Assembly (NCBI GenBank): GCA_036271135.1
Contig: DATBBF010000020.1
Location: 37,701 to 101,700 of the forward strand
DNA: 64,000 nt
Reading direction: 5' to 3'
Origin: Solirubrobacteraceae bacterium
Lineage (GTDB): Bacteria > Actinomycetota > Thermoleophilia > Solirubrobacterales > Solirubrobacteraceae
Part shown: positions 10,168 through 19,338 of the stretch, piece by piece
Layout of the letters: the number at the start of each line of letters is the position of its first letter
How positions within the stretch are numbered: the first letter of the stretch is position 1
Position numbers and translations under genes: made by a program
Notes under the pieces: generated by a model
Databases searched by the model: none
What the model was told of the DNA's origin: nothing
The model's input: only the letters and a program-made list of their open reading frames with translations

Positions 10168-11631
10168 ATGGATTCGGGTCTGACACGCCGCCAAATTCTT
10201 CAGGCGGGCATCGCGGCGGGGGCTGTCGCGCTGAGCAGCGATCCACTGGTGCAGGCGGCAAGCGCGCTGAAGCCACCGCCGCCATTGGGCAAACTCTCGG
10301 ACATCGAGCATGTGATCATCCTGATTCAGGAGAACCGCTCGTTCGATCACTACTTCGGGACCTACAAGGGCGTCGAGGGCCTCGGCAGCCCGGCTGCCAA
10401 AGCGGTCTACGAACAGGGTGGCTACCCGGCCGAAGGCTTCGAAGGGAAGCTGCTGCCGTTCCACCTGGAAGCCAACAACGTCGCTCAGTGCTTCCCGGAC
10501 CTCAGCCACAGTTGGCAGCCTCAGCACAGCTACTGGGACGGCGGGGCGATGGACAACTTCGTGCGCACCCACCTGGAAGTCGACGGTCAGCAGGCGGGCG
10601 TGGAGACGATGGGCTACTACGAAAAAGCCGACATCCCCTTCTACCACGCGCTGGCGAACGCGTTCACGATCTGTGACCAGTACCACTGCTCGGTGCTCGG
10701 GCCGACAGACCCGAATCGTCTGTACTCGATGACGGCGACGATCGACCCGAACGGCGAAAACGGCGGGCCGCTGGTGCAGACGCTGGAGAAAGGCGACCCG
10801 CGGGCGTCGGGCAAATTCACTTGGACGACGATGCCCGAGCAGTTGGAGGCGGCGGGGATCAGCTGGAAGGTCTACGACGGAACCCTCTTGGGCTTCGAGG
10901 ACAACCCGCTGGAGTACTTCAAAACCTTCAAGACCAACCCGGCGCTTGGGAAAAAGGCCTTCGAAAACTCCTATCTGAAGCAGTTCAAACACGACCTAAA
11001 CCACGGTGAACTGCCGCAGGTCTCATGGATCAACACCTCTGCCGCCGAAACCGAGCACCCGGGCAACTCGAGCGCGAAGATCGGTGAGCACGTCGTCGCA
11101 GATCTGCTCAGACGAGTCATGGGCCACAAATCCACGTGGGAAAAAACGGCGGTGTTCATCACGTGGGATGAGAACGGCGGCTTCTTCGATCACGTGGCGC
11201 CGCCGACGGCTCCGCTGGAAACCCCGGGGGAGTACTTGACGGTTCCGGACATCACGGGCAACTCCGGCGGTGTGACGGGCCCGATTGGACTCGGGTTCCG
11301 CGTGCCGATGCTGGTCGTCTCGCCGTGGAGCCATGGTGGGCTTGTCTCGTCGCAGGTCTACGACCACACCTCGATGCTCCGCTTCCTGGAGACACGCTTC
11401 GGCGTGGAGGTTCCGAACCTCAGCGAGTGGCGACGCGAAACGACCGGCGATCTCACCGGCGCGTTCAACTTCGCCGCACCGCCGACGTTCAAGAAAACCA
11501 AAGAACTGCCGGCGGTCGAACTGACCGGGGCCGAAGCGACTTGCCAGGCGAAGGCGCCCGTCAGCGTTCCGCCGAACTCCCAGCCGGTGCAGGAACCGGG
11601 CACGCGGGGTGTGCCCAGCGGGATCGTCTGA
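10168..11631 (+). CDS. phosphocholine-specific (non-hemolytic) phospholipase C / acid phosphatase family, Tat-exported
   Basis: ATG at 10168 follows GGAGGGAG. Twin-arginine signal MDSGLTRRQILQAGIAAGAVALS. Phosphoesterase motifs IEHVIILIQENRSFDHYFG and ITWDENGGFFDHV. Confidence 0.85.
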   Translation: MDSGLTRRQILQAGIAAGAVALSSDPLVQAASALKPPPPLGKLSDIEHVIILIQENRSFDHYFGTYKGVEGLGSPAAKAVYEQGGYPAEGFEGKLLPFHLEANNVAQCFPDLSHSWQPQHSYWDGGAMDNFVRTHLEVDGQQAGVETMGYYEKADIPFYHALANAFTICDQYHCSVLGPTDPNRLYSMTATIDPNGENGGPLVQTLEKGDPRASGKFTWTTMPEQLEAAGISWKVYDGTLLGFEDNPLEYFKTFKTNPALGKKAFENSYLKQFKHDLNHGELPQVSWINTSAAETEHPGNSSAKIGEHVVADLLRRVMGHKSTWEKTAVFITWDENGGFFDHVAPPTAPLETPGEYLTVPDITGNSGGVTGPIGLGFRVPMLVVSPWSHGGLVSSQVYDHTSMLRFLETRFGVEVPNLSEWRRETTGDLTGAFNFAAPPTFKKTKELPAVELTGAEATCQAKAPVSVPPNSQPVQEPGTRGVPSGIV

Positions 11632-11663
11632 TCCCCGCGATCTGAGCTGAGACCGGCCGGGGC

Positions 11664-11993
11664 CTAGTCGAGCACGACGAGGCCCCGCGCCGGGTCCAGC
11701 ACGCGGGTCGAGGCGACGGTGTGGAAGGGCGCGTCGGGCGGCTCGCCGAGCAGCCCGACGAGCACGCCCATGAACTTCGTCGTGTGAGGCCGGCGGAAGT
11801 GCGCCTGTAGGGCGTCGTCGTCACGCCACTCCTCGATGAAGACGTAGCGGCTCGGCTGCTCGAGGTCCTCGTAGACGCGATAGCCGCTGCAGCCGTCGTC
11901 GTCGCGAGAGGCGCTGCACATCTCCGTCGCGATCTCCAGGAACCGCTCGCGATGCTCGGCGGGTATCTGGACGCGGCCGGTGACGACGATCAT
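11664..11993 (-). CDS. antibiotic biosynthesis monooxygenase (ABM) domain protein
   Basis: 109 aa with a ferredoxin-like ABM pattern (MIVVTGRVQIP...YRVYEDLEQPSRYVFIEEWRDDDALQAHF). Confidence 0.75.
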   Translation of the reverse strand: MIVVTGRVQIPAEHRERFLEIATEMCSASRDDDGCSGYRVYEDLEQPSRYVFIEEWRDDDALQAHFRRPHTTKFMGVLVGLLGEPPDAPFHTVASTRVLDPARGLVVLD

Positions 11994-12086
11994 TACCCCG
12001 AAACCCTATCCGAATTTGGGTAGTGTGGAAGGCAAGCTTCCCCCCATGCCCGCCGGCGCGGGCACAACGAAGGAGAACGAACGAGG

Positions 12087-12746
12087 ATGAGCCTTTCACT
12101 TGGCGACACGGCGCCTGACTTCGAGGCGGACACGACTGAGGGCAGGATCAAGTTCCACGACTGGCTGGGCGACTCGTGGGCCGTCCTGTTCAGCCACCCC
12201 AAGGACTTCACCCCGGTGTGCACGACGGAGCTCGGCTACATGGCGAGCATCAAGCCCGAGTTCGACCGTCGCGGCGTGAAGATCATCGGCCTCTCGGTCG
12301 ATCCGACCGATCGCCACGCTGAGTGGGTCAAGGACATCGGTGAGCTACAGGGCACGGCGCCGAACTATCCGATCATCGCCGACTCGGACTTCAACGTCGC
12401 GAAGCTCTACGGGATGCTGCCCGGAGGCACGGAGGGCGACCCTCTCTCGCGCACGCCGGCGGACAACCAGACGGTGCGCAACGTGTTCGTGATCGGGCCG
12501 GACAAGAAGGTCAAGCTGATCCTCGTGTACCCGATGACGACAGGTCGCAACTTCGACGAGGTGCTACGGGTGATCGACTCGCTGCAGCTGACGGCGCGCA
12601 GCAAAGTTGCAACGCCGGCCCAGTGGCAGGACGGCGACGACGTCATCATCGCCGGCTCGGTCTCCGACGAGGAAGCCAAAGAGATCTACCCCGACGGATG
12701 GGAGTCCCCGCGCCCGTGGATGCGGATCGTCCCGCAACCGAAGTGA
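12087..12746 (+). CDS. 1-Cys peroxiredoxin (Prx6 type)
   Basis: 219 aa. DTAPDFEADTTEGRIKFHDWLGDSWAVLFSHPKDFTPVCTTELG contains the peroxidatic PVCTTE motif. An AGGA lies upstream of the ATG. Confidence 0.92.
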   Translation: MSLSLGDTAPDFEADTTEGRIKFHDWLGDSWAVLFSHPKDFTPVCTTELGYMASIKPEFDRRGVKIIGLSVDPTDRHAEWVKDIGELQGTAPNYPIIADSDFNVAKLYGMLPGGTEGDPLSRTPADNQTVRNVFVIGPDKKVKLILVYPMTTGRNFDEVLRVIDSLQLTARSKVATPAQWQDGDDVIIAGSVSDEEAKEIYPDGWESPRPWMRIVPQPK

Positions 12747-12763
12747 GCTGACAGCACCTAGCG

Positions 12764-12791
12764 CTCGTGGCGAGGGGCCACTCGCCACGAG
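12764..12791 (+). terminator. stem-loop downstream of the peroxiredoxin gene
   Basis: Perfect 11-bp inverted repeat CTCGTGGCGAG-gggcca-CTCGCCACGAG, 18 nt after the stop. There is no U-tract, as is common in high-GC genomes. Confidence 0.5.
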
Positions 12792-12902
12792 CCGCGACGC
12801 TGCATGCAGGGCTTCGGCGCGGAGCATCGCGGGTAGGCAACGAGCAGGGTCCGGCCAGGAGCAAGGCCGGGCACGCCACGCTCGACGGAAGGATGGTCCG
12901 CG

Positions 12903-13472
12903 ATGAGACTGAGGCGCAGACGCGAAGCCAAAGCCCCCGCAGCTCGGCAGCAGGAACCGGGGAGCGACACGACGACGATGGCCGCGCGACGGGATGTCCC
13001 CGCGAGCCCGGCGCCGGCGAGGACCACACCAGGTGTAGCCGGCCAGACGGCGGCGGGCGATGACCCGCGGCGCGTACGGCGCCGGCGGCGGGCGGTGTCG
13101 CGTACCCACGATGCTGCGGGTGCGACGGCCGGCGCGATCGGGACAGGGGTGCTGGCGTTGGCACGCGTGGTGATGGCGGCAGCGAGCCTGATCGCGTTGC
13201 TGATCGCACTGGCGATCGTCCTGCGCGACGTCGACGCGAACGCCTCGAACACGATCGTCAAAGGCATCCACGAAGGTGCGAACTTCTTCGCCGGCTCCTT
13301 CACCGGGCTGATCGCCTTCTCCGGTCATCCGAAGCGGGCGATCACGGTCGACTGGGGTATCGCGCTGCTGGCCTACCTGCTGGTAGGGGCGATCATCGCG
13401 CGCTTCATCGCCGGCATCGGGCGCGGCGGCGTGCGCTTCGAACGCCGCCACCGGGCGATCCCGACGCACTGA
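12903..13472 (+). CDS. hypothetical membrane protein
   Basis: Basic/Pro-rich N-terminus followed by two predicted TM helices (VVMAAASLIALLIALAIVL and WGIALLAYLLVGAIIARFIAGI). No family recognised. The start is uncertain (alternative ATG at 12978). Confidence 0.4.
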   Translation: MRLRRRREAKAPAARQQEPGSDTTTMAARRDVPASPAPARTTPGVAGQTAAGDDPRRVRRRRRAVSRTHDAAGATAGAIGTGVLALARVVMAAASLIALLIALAIVLRDVDANASNTIVKGIHEGANFFAGSFTGLIAFSGHPKRAITVDWGIALLAYLLVGAIIARFIAGIGRGGVRFERRHRAIPTH

Positions 13473-13503
13473 TCCACAGCACCGGGCCGTGTAGGGTGGC
13501 CCG

Positions 13504-14679
13504 GTGCGGATCTCGCCCGATCGTCCGCTGGGATTGGCTGCGGCGACGCCGCGGGACTACCGCGAGCTGGCCCGGCGGCGACTGCCCCGACAGCTGTTCG
13601 ACTACATCGACGGCGGCGCTTACGAGGAGGCGACGATGCGCGCCAACGTCGGCGACCTCGAGCAGCTGCTGCTGCGCCAGGTGGTGCTGAAGGACGTCTC
13701 CCGACGCGAGCAGGCGACGACGGTTCTCGGACAGGAGATGGCGATGCCCGTGATCCTGGCGCCGGTCGGCCTGTGCGGGATGTTCGCGCCGCGGGCGGAG
13801 GTCCAGGCGGCGAAAGCGGCGGCGGCGGTCGGCATCCCGTTCGTGGAGTCGACCGTCTCGATCTGCGGTATCGAGGAGGTCGCCGGTGCCACGCCCGCGC
13901 CACCCTGGTTCCAGTTGTATGTGATGCGCGATCGTGGCTACGCGGAGGATCTGATGGCCAGGGCGCGGGCGGTCGGCTCGCCGGTTCTGGTCCTGACGAT
14001 CGACCTGGCGGTGGTGGGCGCACGCCACCGCGACACGCGCAACGCGGTGATCGGAAGGGGGACGCCGTGGGTGCGGGCAAGGCGGGCCTTCGACCTGGTC
14101 TCCCACCCGCGATGGGTTCGTGACGTGGGCATCGGCGGCAAGCCGCTGACGTTCGGGAATCTGGAGAACGCGGTTCCGGGGGCGAGCACTCCGGATGCGT
14201 TCAAGGAGTGGGTCGACTCGCAGTTCGACCCCAGCGTGACGTGGGAGGACATCGCGTGGGTGCGAGAGCACTGGGACGGCAAGCTGATCGTCAAGGGCGT
14301 GCTCGACGCCGAGGACGCACGCCGAGCGGTGCAAGCGGGGGTCGACGGGATCGTCGTCTCGAACCACGGCGGTCGCCAGCTGGACTCGGTGCCGTCGTCG
14401 GTCCGGGCGCTGCCGGAGATCGTGCAGGCGGTCGGCGGGGAAGCGGAGGTACTGGCGGACGGCGGGGTGCGAACGGGCCTCGATGTGGTGAAGATGCTGG
14501 CCCTCGGCGCGCGAGCGGTGCTGATGGGACGGGCGTGGGCGTGGGCGGTTGCCGCCCAGGGCGAGACGGGCGTGCGGCGGATGCTGAAGGTCGTCAAGGC
14601 CGACATCGACGTGGCGCTTGCGCTGACGGGCAACAACTCGGTCGCCGAGCTGGACCGCTCGGCGCTCTACCGCAGTTAG
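13504..14679 (+). CDS. FMN-dependent alpha-hydroxy-acid dehydrogenase (L-lactate dehydrogenase/glycolate oxidase family)
   Basis: 391 aa. The N-terminus DYRELARRRLPRQLFDYIDGGAYEEATMRAN and the SNHGGRQLD active-site motif are both present. Confidence 0.88.
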   Translation: MRISPDRPLGLAAATPRDYRELARRRLPRQLFDYIDGGAYEEATMRANVGDLEQLLLRQVVLKDVSRREQATTVLGQEMAMPVILAPVGLCGMFAPRAEVQAAKAAAAVGIPFVESTVSICGIEEVAGATPAPPWFQLYVMRDRGYAEDLMARARAVGSPVLVLTIDLAVVGARHRDTRNAVIGRGTPWVRARRAFDLVSHPRWVRDVGIGGKPLTFGNLENAVPGASTPDAFKEWVDSQFDPSVTWEDIAWVREHWDGKLIVKGVLDAEDARRAVQAGVDGIVVSNHGGRQLDSVPSSVRALPEIVQAVGGEAEVLADGGVRTGLDVVKMLALGARAVLMGRAWAWAVAAQGETGVRRMLKVVKADIDVALALTGNNSVAELDRSALYRS

Positions 14680-17006
14680 CCCGGAGCGAGCGGCGTGAGG
14701 ACCATCACGCGCGCCATCCTGCTCGCGACGAACCTGACTTCGTAGGGAACTCCGAGCAGCGGCCGGGGGACTTCGACGGGGCGGTGAGCGCTGCGTGTGC
14801 CGGGAAGCCGTTCGATGGTGGTGTCGATCAGGAAGTTGTCGGCAAGACCGTCGAGGTTGACGGAGGTGGCGGGCGGGCGGGCACGTTCGTCTTCGACGAC
14901 TGAGGCGATCACACCGGTTGCGGTCGAGACGGCTGTGGTAGCCGGCGGCTCGGGGCCGGATGCGTTGATCAGGGCGCGGATGGTGGCGCCGGCGTCCTGG
15001 ACGGAGAGGCGGTAGCCGGGGCGCTTCGCGCCGGCGATGTCGACGCACGATTCGCCCGAGGGGCTGCAGCGCTGCCACTGGTAGGTGAAGACGATCGGAC
15101 GGGCGCCGCTCCAGCCGCCGGGTTCGGCATTGAGCTTGTCGCCATCCACCAGCGGCCGTCCTTCGAGCGGTTCTCCGCCGAGCGTGATGCGGGGAGGTTC
15201 GGAGGCGATGCTGACGGGCAGCCCTTCTTCGTCTTCGTTCTTGCCCTGTTCGGCCGGTTCCGGTTCGCCTGTCCGTTCGGAGGCCCTGTAGAGCAGCCGT
15301 TCGCCGATCAGCGCTTCCTTGCCGTTGGAGGTCTCGGGCCGCCAGGAGAGACTCAGAGCGAGCTCCTCAGGCGAGACCGCGACGAGCGGCGGTGGCGGCG
15401 CGACTCCCGGTTTCAGCAGTGCGACCGCGTGGGTGCCGCCGGCTGCGATGGCGTCAATGGCGCCAAGGCCCTTGACCTTGGTGGGCGTCGGCTCGCCGGC
15501 TTCCTGACGGGGCGGTGCGCCCTTGTCCTTGCCGCGACCGCGAGGAGTGCGGCCGAGGCCCAGCTGACCGAACTCGTTGCTGCCCCAGGAGTAGACGACG
15601 CCGGCGCTGAGCGCCAACCCGTATTCGTGCCCCTCAGCCAGCGCTTGGGGATGGAGGCGTTCGACGGCTGGGAGCGGCGTGGCGAACGCGACGCACGGTC
15701 GTGGTTCGCGTGGCAGCGCGCCACGAGCAGCGCGACGCTGCTGCTTGGAGACGGTGAGTTCGTGGCGGCATTCTTCTCCGGCTAGTCCCGCGAGAGCGCT
15801 GCGGTCGGCGCTCCCCCATCCGAGCACTTCGCCGTTGGCCAAGCGAGCGAGGGCGGACTGGTAGCCGGCTGCGACTTCGATGACGCCCGCGATGGGCTGA
15901 CCGTTCGCCCGCTTGACTTCAGAGACCGGGAATTCGTTGCCGCGCCACGTTTCCGCGCCGGCGCCGAGCTCGCCAAAGTGGTTTCCGCCCCAGGAGACGA
16001 GATGACCGTCCTGAAGAAGGGCGTACGCGGCGAACTGCCCGGCGTAGACCTTCTTCACCCCCGAGAGCGGTTCCTCGGAGCCGGTGGCCGGGTTCCTCCG
16101 CATCACCGGCAGCGGCCGCTCGCTGCAGTATTCGAATGCGGGGAAGTGTGCGACACCCGTTTCGCAGTGATCCGGTCCGGGACGGCCGAGACCGAGCTGC
16201 CCTTCGGTGTTGCTGCCCCAAGCCATGACGGTGCCCGCGGAGGTGACGGCGTAGTCCGAGCCGCCGCCTGCCGCAATGGCCTTGATGCCTGTCAGCCCCG
16301 GTACGACTTTGGGCAGGCGCTGGTTCAGATTGAGCGTCCGTTCGAAGCCCTGCTGCCCGTCGCCGAGCTGACCGTACTCGTCGTTGCCCCAGGCCATGAC
16401 GGTGCCGTCCTTCATCAGCGCCAGCGCGTGCTCGTTGGCGGCAGCGGCAGACGCGACGCCCTGAAGGTCACCGGAGGCCTGGTGGGTGACGGGGTCTTCG
16501 GCTTTGACGGCGGTGTGAGCCATGCCGTCTTCCCAGTTGGGTTTTTTCTCGTCGTTGCCGAGCTGGCCGTGGCCGTTGCCGCCCCAGGCGACGAGCGTCC
16601 CGTCGCTCAGGAGTGCGAGGTTGAAGGCCTCGCTGGAGCTCACTTCGGTGATGTCAGCGAGCCCTTCGACTCCGACCGGATTCGACTCGTAGTGGTCGCG
16701 GTAGAAGGTGCCGAGCTGGCCGAGGAAGTTTTCACCCCAGGAGGCCGCGGCCCCTGGGGAGGCGGGAGCTTCGGACAGCTGAGGGCCACTGTTCTGGCTG
16801 TTTGCTGCGCCGAACGCGCCGCCGGGTGTCGATTCCGCGCTCCCGGCCGTGGGCGACGGCGGTTCCGGCGAGCTTGAAGGCACGAGCGATTCGGCGTTCA
16901 CGCGGATTGCGGGACGCTGCACGCGGGCGCACGCCGGAGCAGCTCCGCCGGCGAGCAACCCAGTGGCGAGCAATGCACCGAATCCCGCGGCTCGCCTTAC
17001 CCTCAT
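14676..17006 (-). CDS. secreted RCC1-repeat (beta-propeller) protein with C-terminal Ig-like domain
   Basis: 776 aa with an N-terminal signal peptide (MRVRRAAGFGALLATGLLAGGAAPACA). Repeated WG.N..GQLG motifs (AWGGNGHGQLG, AWGNDEYGQLG, AWGSNTEGQLG, SWGGNHFGELG, SWGSNEFGQLG). C-terminal YQWQRC-type Ig-like module. Confidence 0.8.
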   Translation of the reverse strand: MRVRRAAGFGALLATGLLAGGAAPACARVQRPAIRVNAESLVPSSSPEPPSPTAGSAESTPGGAFGAANSQNSGPQLSEAPASPGAAASWGENFLGQLGTFYRDHYESNPVGVEGLADITEVSSSEAFNLALLSDGTLVAWGGNGHGQLGNDEKKPNWEDGMAHTAVKAEDPVTHQASGDLQGVASAAAANEHALALMKDGTVMAWGNDEYGQLGDGQQGFERTLNLNQRLPKVVPGLTGIKAIAAGGGSDYAVTSAGTVMAWGSNTEGQLGLGRPGPDHCETGVAHFPAFEYCSERPLPVMRRNPATGSEEPLSGVKKVYAGQFAAYALLQDGHLVSWGGNHFGELGAGAETWRGNEFPVSEVKRANGQPIAGVIEVAAGYQSALARLANGEVLGWGSADRSALAGLAGEECRHELTVSKQQRRAARGALPREPRPCVAFATPLPAVERLHPQALAEGHEYGLALSAGVVYSWGSNEFGQLGLGRTPRGRGKDKGAPPRQEAGEPTPTKVKGLGAIDAIAAGGTHAVALLKPGVAPPPPLVAVSPEELALSLSWRPETSNGKEALIGERLLYRASERTGEPEPAEQGKNEDEEGLPVSIASEPPRITLGGEPLEGRPLVDGDKLNAEPGGWSGARPIVFTYQWQRCSPSGESCVDIAGAKRPGYRLSVQDAGATIRALINASGPEPPATTAVSTATGVIASVVEDERARPPATSVNLDGLADNFLIDTTIERLPGTRSAHRPVEVPRPLLGVPYEVRFVASRMARVMVLTPLAPG

Positions 17007-17126
17007 GATCCGGCCATCGCCTCGCGCCGAGCGACGCTTGAGATACGCGCGGCTCAGTCAACGGGGGTTGTCAGCCGGGACGGACGGCGAGCGGGACGAT
17101 CACACCGTGGCGAACTGGGGAGAGAG

Positions 17127-19172
17127 TCAGCGGAGGATCGTCAGCGACAGTTTGACGGGCGACGAGCGCACGGCGGCGGCAGTCGCGATGAGGGTGGCTG
17201 TATAGGCGCCTGGCTTGAGCGGTTTGTGCCCGAGGCGTCCGCTGAAGGCGATCGAATCAGAGCCCTTCGGCTCCTTGGCGCGCGTGAGCGTGCCAATCGT
17301 GACGGTGCGCCGGCAGTGCCGCGCGTGGGCGTGGCGCAGCTTCGCGCTCGGCTTCGCGCATCGCCGGCCGCTGCGCAAACCGGCGACCGAGTGGCTGAAG
17401 GTGATCGTCAGCTTCGCCGGCTCAGACAGCGTGAAGCGGAAGATCGTCCCTTTCGGAGACGCATGCGCGGTGATCGCGGTCGCTCCCTTCCCGACGCGGA
17501 AGCGTTTGTGGGTGAGCATCGCGCCGCTGATCCGTGGGCGCTCCAGCGGACCCGTGTGGATCGATGAGACGATCGTCACGGTCGCGGCCGTCGCCGAGAG
17601 GTTCCCGAGCACGTCGGCGGAGGTGACCGAGACCGGGAAGGAGCCGGCCTTGGCGTAGGTGTGCGTGACGCTCGGGCCGGTGGCGCTCGTGCCGTCACCG
17701 AAGCCCCAAGTCGTGGCTGCGAGCGCCGAGAAGGCATCGAAGGGCGAGACGGAGAAGGTCAACGGCTCGCCCACCACGCCCCTGGCGGGAATCGCAAGCG
17801 AGCCCAGCAGGGGACCGGCAGCGTCGTAGACGTCGGCTTCGGCGAGGTAGAAACCGCCGTCGAGATGGCGCCACAGGGCCACCACATCGCCCCGAGCGTC
17901 GACTGAGAGCTGCTGCTCGTCGGCTTCTTTGCCCGACAGTGGCACGGCGGTCTGCCATTCACCACTAGAGGCTAGGCCCGAGGCAGCTTCGACGACGCTG
18001 TTCGGGCCGGCTGGACGTTCCCACGCTACGACCGCCTCGCCCGTGGGGCTGACCGTGACCTGCGGTTCCTCTTCGAGGACGTCGCCCGCGCCGGACAGGA
18101 CAACCGGTTTCCCCCAGGCGTCAGTCGCGATCTTGCCGACGGAGGCTTCGATCAGGTCTTCTTTTGTCGTGTTGGTCTCTGACCAGGTCACGACAGCGTC
18201 GCCCTGTTCGTCCAGGGCGACGTGCTGACCGGCGACTTCGCCGCGCCCCAACTGGATCTTGGTGACCCTTGCTGCATGAGAGAACGAGGCCCCGCCGCCA
18301 CTGCGCGTCGAGGCTTCGATGATCTCCGCCATGTTGCCTTCTTCTTCGCCAAAGCGTTCCCAGATGGCGATCGCGTCACCGTTGCCCGCAACGGCAAGTC
18401 GCGGCACGTTGGCGTTGCCGCCGGATTCCGAAAGTGGGACGCCGACGCCCCAGTTGCCGCCCGCAGGCTTGCGGGCAGCGTCGATGAGGACGTTCGTGGC
18501 CCCCTTGGCTTCCCAGACGACGGTCGCGTTGCCACCGGAGTCGAGCCCGACTTCGGGGTTGTGCATCGGTTCGGCTTTTTCTGCAGCGAGCTGCGATGGC
18601 CCCCAGGACGACGCGCCGGCCGGCCGGCTGGAGGATTCGACGAACGCTTCGGATCCTTTGACGTGCTCCCAGACGACGATCGCGTCGCCCTTCGCGTCGA
18701 CGGAGAGACGTGGCTGAGCGTCCTCGATCACTGTCATACCCAGCGTTTCGAGCGGCACAGGTTTCGTCCACGCGCCGCCCAGGCCGGTGCGTGTCGAGGC
18801 CAGGATCGAGTATTCGGTGCCCGATTTGCTCAGCCAGGCGGCGAAGCCGTCACCGGCGGAATCGAGTGCAACTTGGGGCAGCGTGCCTTCGACGGCGCCT
18901 TCCGAGATCGTCAGCGGCGATCCCCAGGCTGCCGCCCCCGCTGGACGGCTCGCGACTTCGATCACGCGCTTGCCGGTTTCTTTGTCGGTCCGTTCCCAAG
19001 CCGCGAGTGCGTCGCCACCGGCGTTGACGGCAACGCTCGGGCTTTCGGCGCTTGCGCCGGTGGCGGAGAGCTTCGCGGGCCCGGTCCAGGTGGGGGTTGC
19101 CCACGCGGGGGCTGCCACCCATGCCGAAAGCAGCATCGCGCAGAGGGCGACTGTGAGCCAGCGATGCGTCAT
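17127..19172 (-). CDS. secreted repeat protein (about 8 degenerate ~55-aa repeats) with PKD domain and C-terminal beta-sandwich module
   Basis: Track ORF trimmed to the ATG at 19172 (MTHRWLTVALCAMLLSAWVAAPAWA signal peptide). Recurrent GDA..aWE motif (GDALAAWER, GDGFAAWLS, GDAIVVWEH, GNATVVWEA, GDAIAIWER, GDAVVTWSE, GEAVVAWER, GDVVALWRH). PKD signature WGFGDGTSATGPSVTHTYAKAGSFPVSVT. Confidence 0.75.
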   Translation of the reverse strand: MTHRWLTVALCAMLLSAWVAAPAWATPTWTGPAKLSATGASAESPSVAVNAGGDALAAWERTDKETGKRVIEVASRPAGAAAWGSPLTISEGAVEGTLPQVALDSAGDGFAAWLSKSGTEYSILASTRTGLGGAWTKPVPLETLGMTVIEDAQPRLSVDAKGDAIVVWEHVKGSEAFVESSSRPAGASSWGPSQLAAEKAEPMHNPEVGLDSGGNATVVWEAKGATNVLIDAARKPAGGNWGVGVPLSESGGNANVPRLAVAGNGDAIAIWERFGEEEGNMAEIIEASTRSGGGASFSHAARVTKIQLGRGEVAGQHVALDEQGDAVVTWSETNTTKEDLIEASVGKIATDAWGKPVVLSGAGDVLEEEPQVTVSPTGEAVVAWERPAGPNSVVEAASGLASSGEWQTAVPLSGKEADEQQLSVDARGDVVALWRHLDGGFYLAEADVYDAAGPLLGSLAIPARGVVGEPLTFSVSPFDAFSALAATTWGFGDGTSATGPSVTHTYAKAGSFPVSVTSADVLGNLSATAATVTIVSSIHTGPLERPRISGAMLTHKRFRVGKGATAITAHASPKGTIFRFTLSEPAKLTITFSHSVAGLRSGRRCAKPSAKLRHAHARHCRRTVTIGTLTRAKEPKGSDSIAFSGRLGHKPLKPGAYTATLIATAAAVRSSPVKLSLTILR

Positions 19173-19338
19173 CGGCGCTTCGAACCCCCGTCGTCGTGGA
19201 TGAGTCAGAGGATAATCACAGGCCAGAGGAAGCGAGCGAATTGGCCCGATTGCCACTGCCTTAAGGTCGATCCTGGATTCGCACATCAGGCGTGTAGACC
19301 TCGACGCGCAAAGCTCCGGATACGTAGCTGTGGATGAC

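Noticed and set aside
14676-14679. Overlapping convergent stop codons of the hydroxy-acid dehydrogenase (+) and RCC1-repeat (-) genes
   Set aside because: The overlap is real in the sequence but is a trivial consequence of compact packing. No functional implication can be supported.
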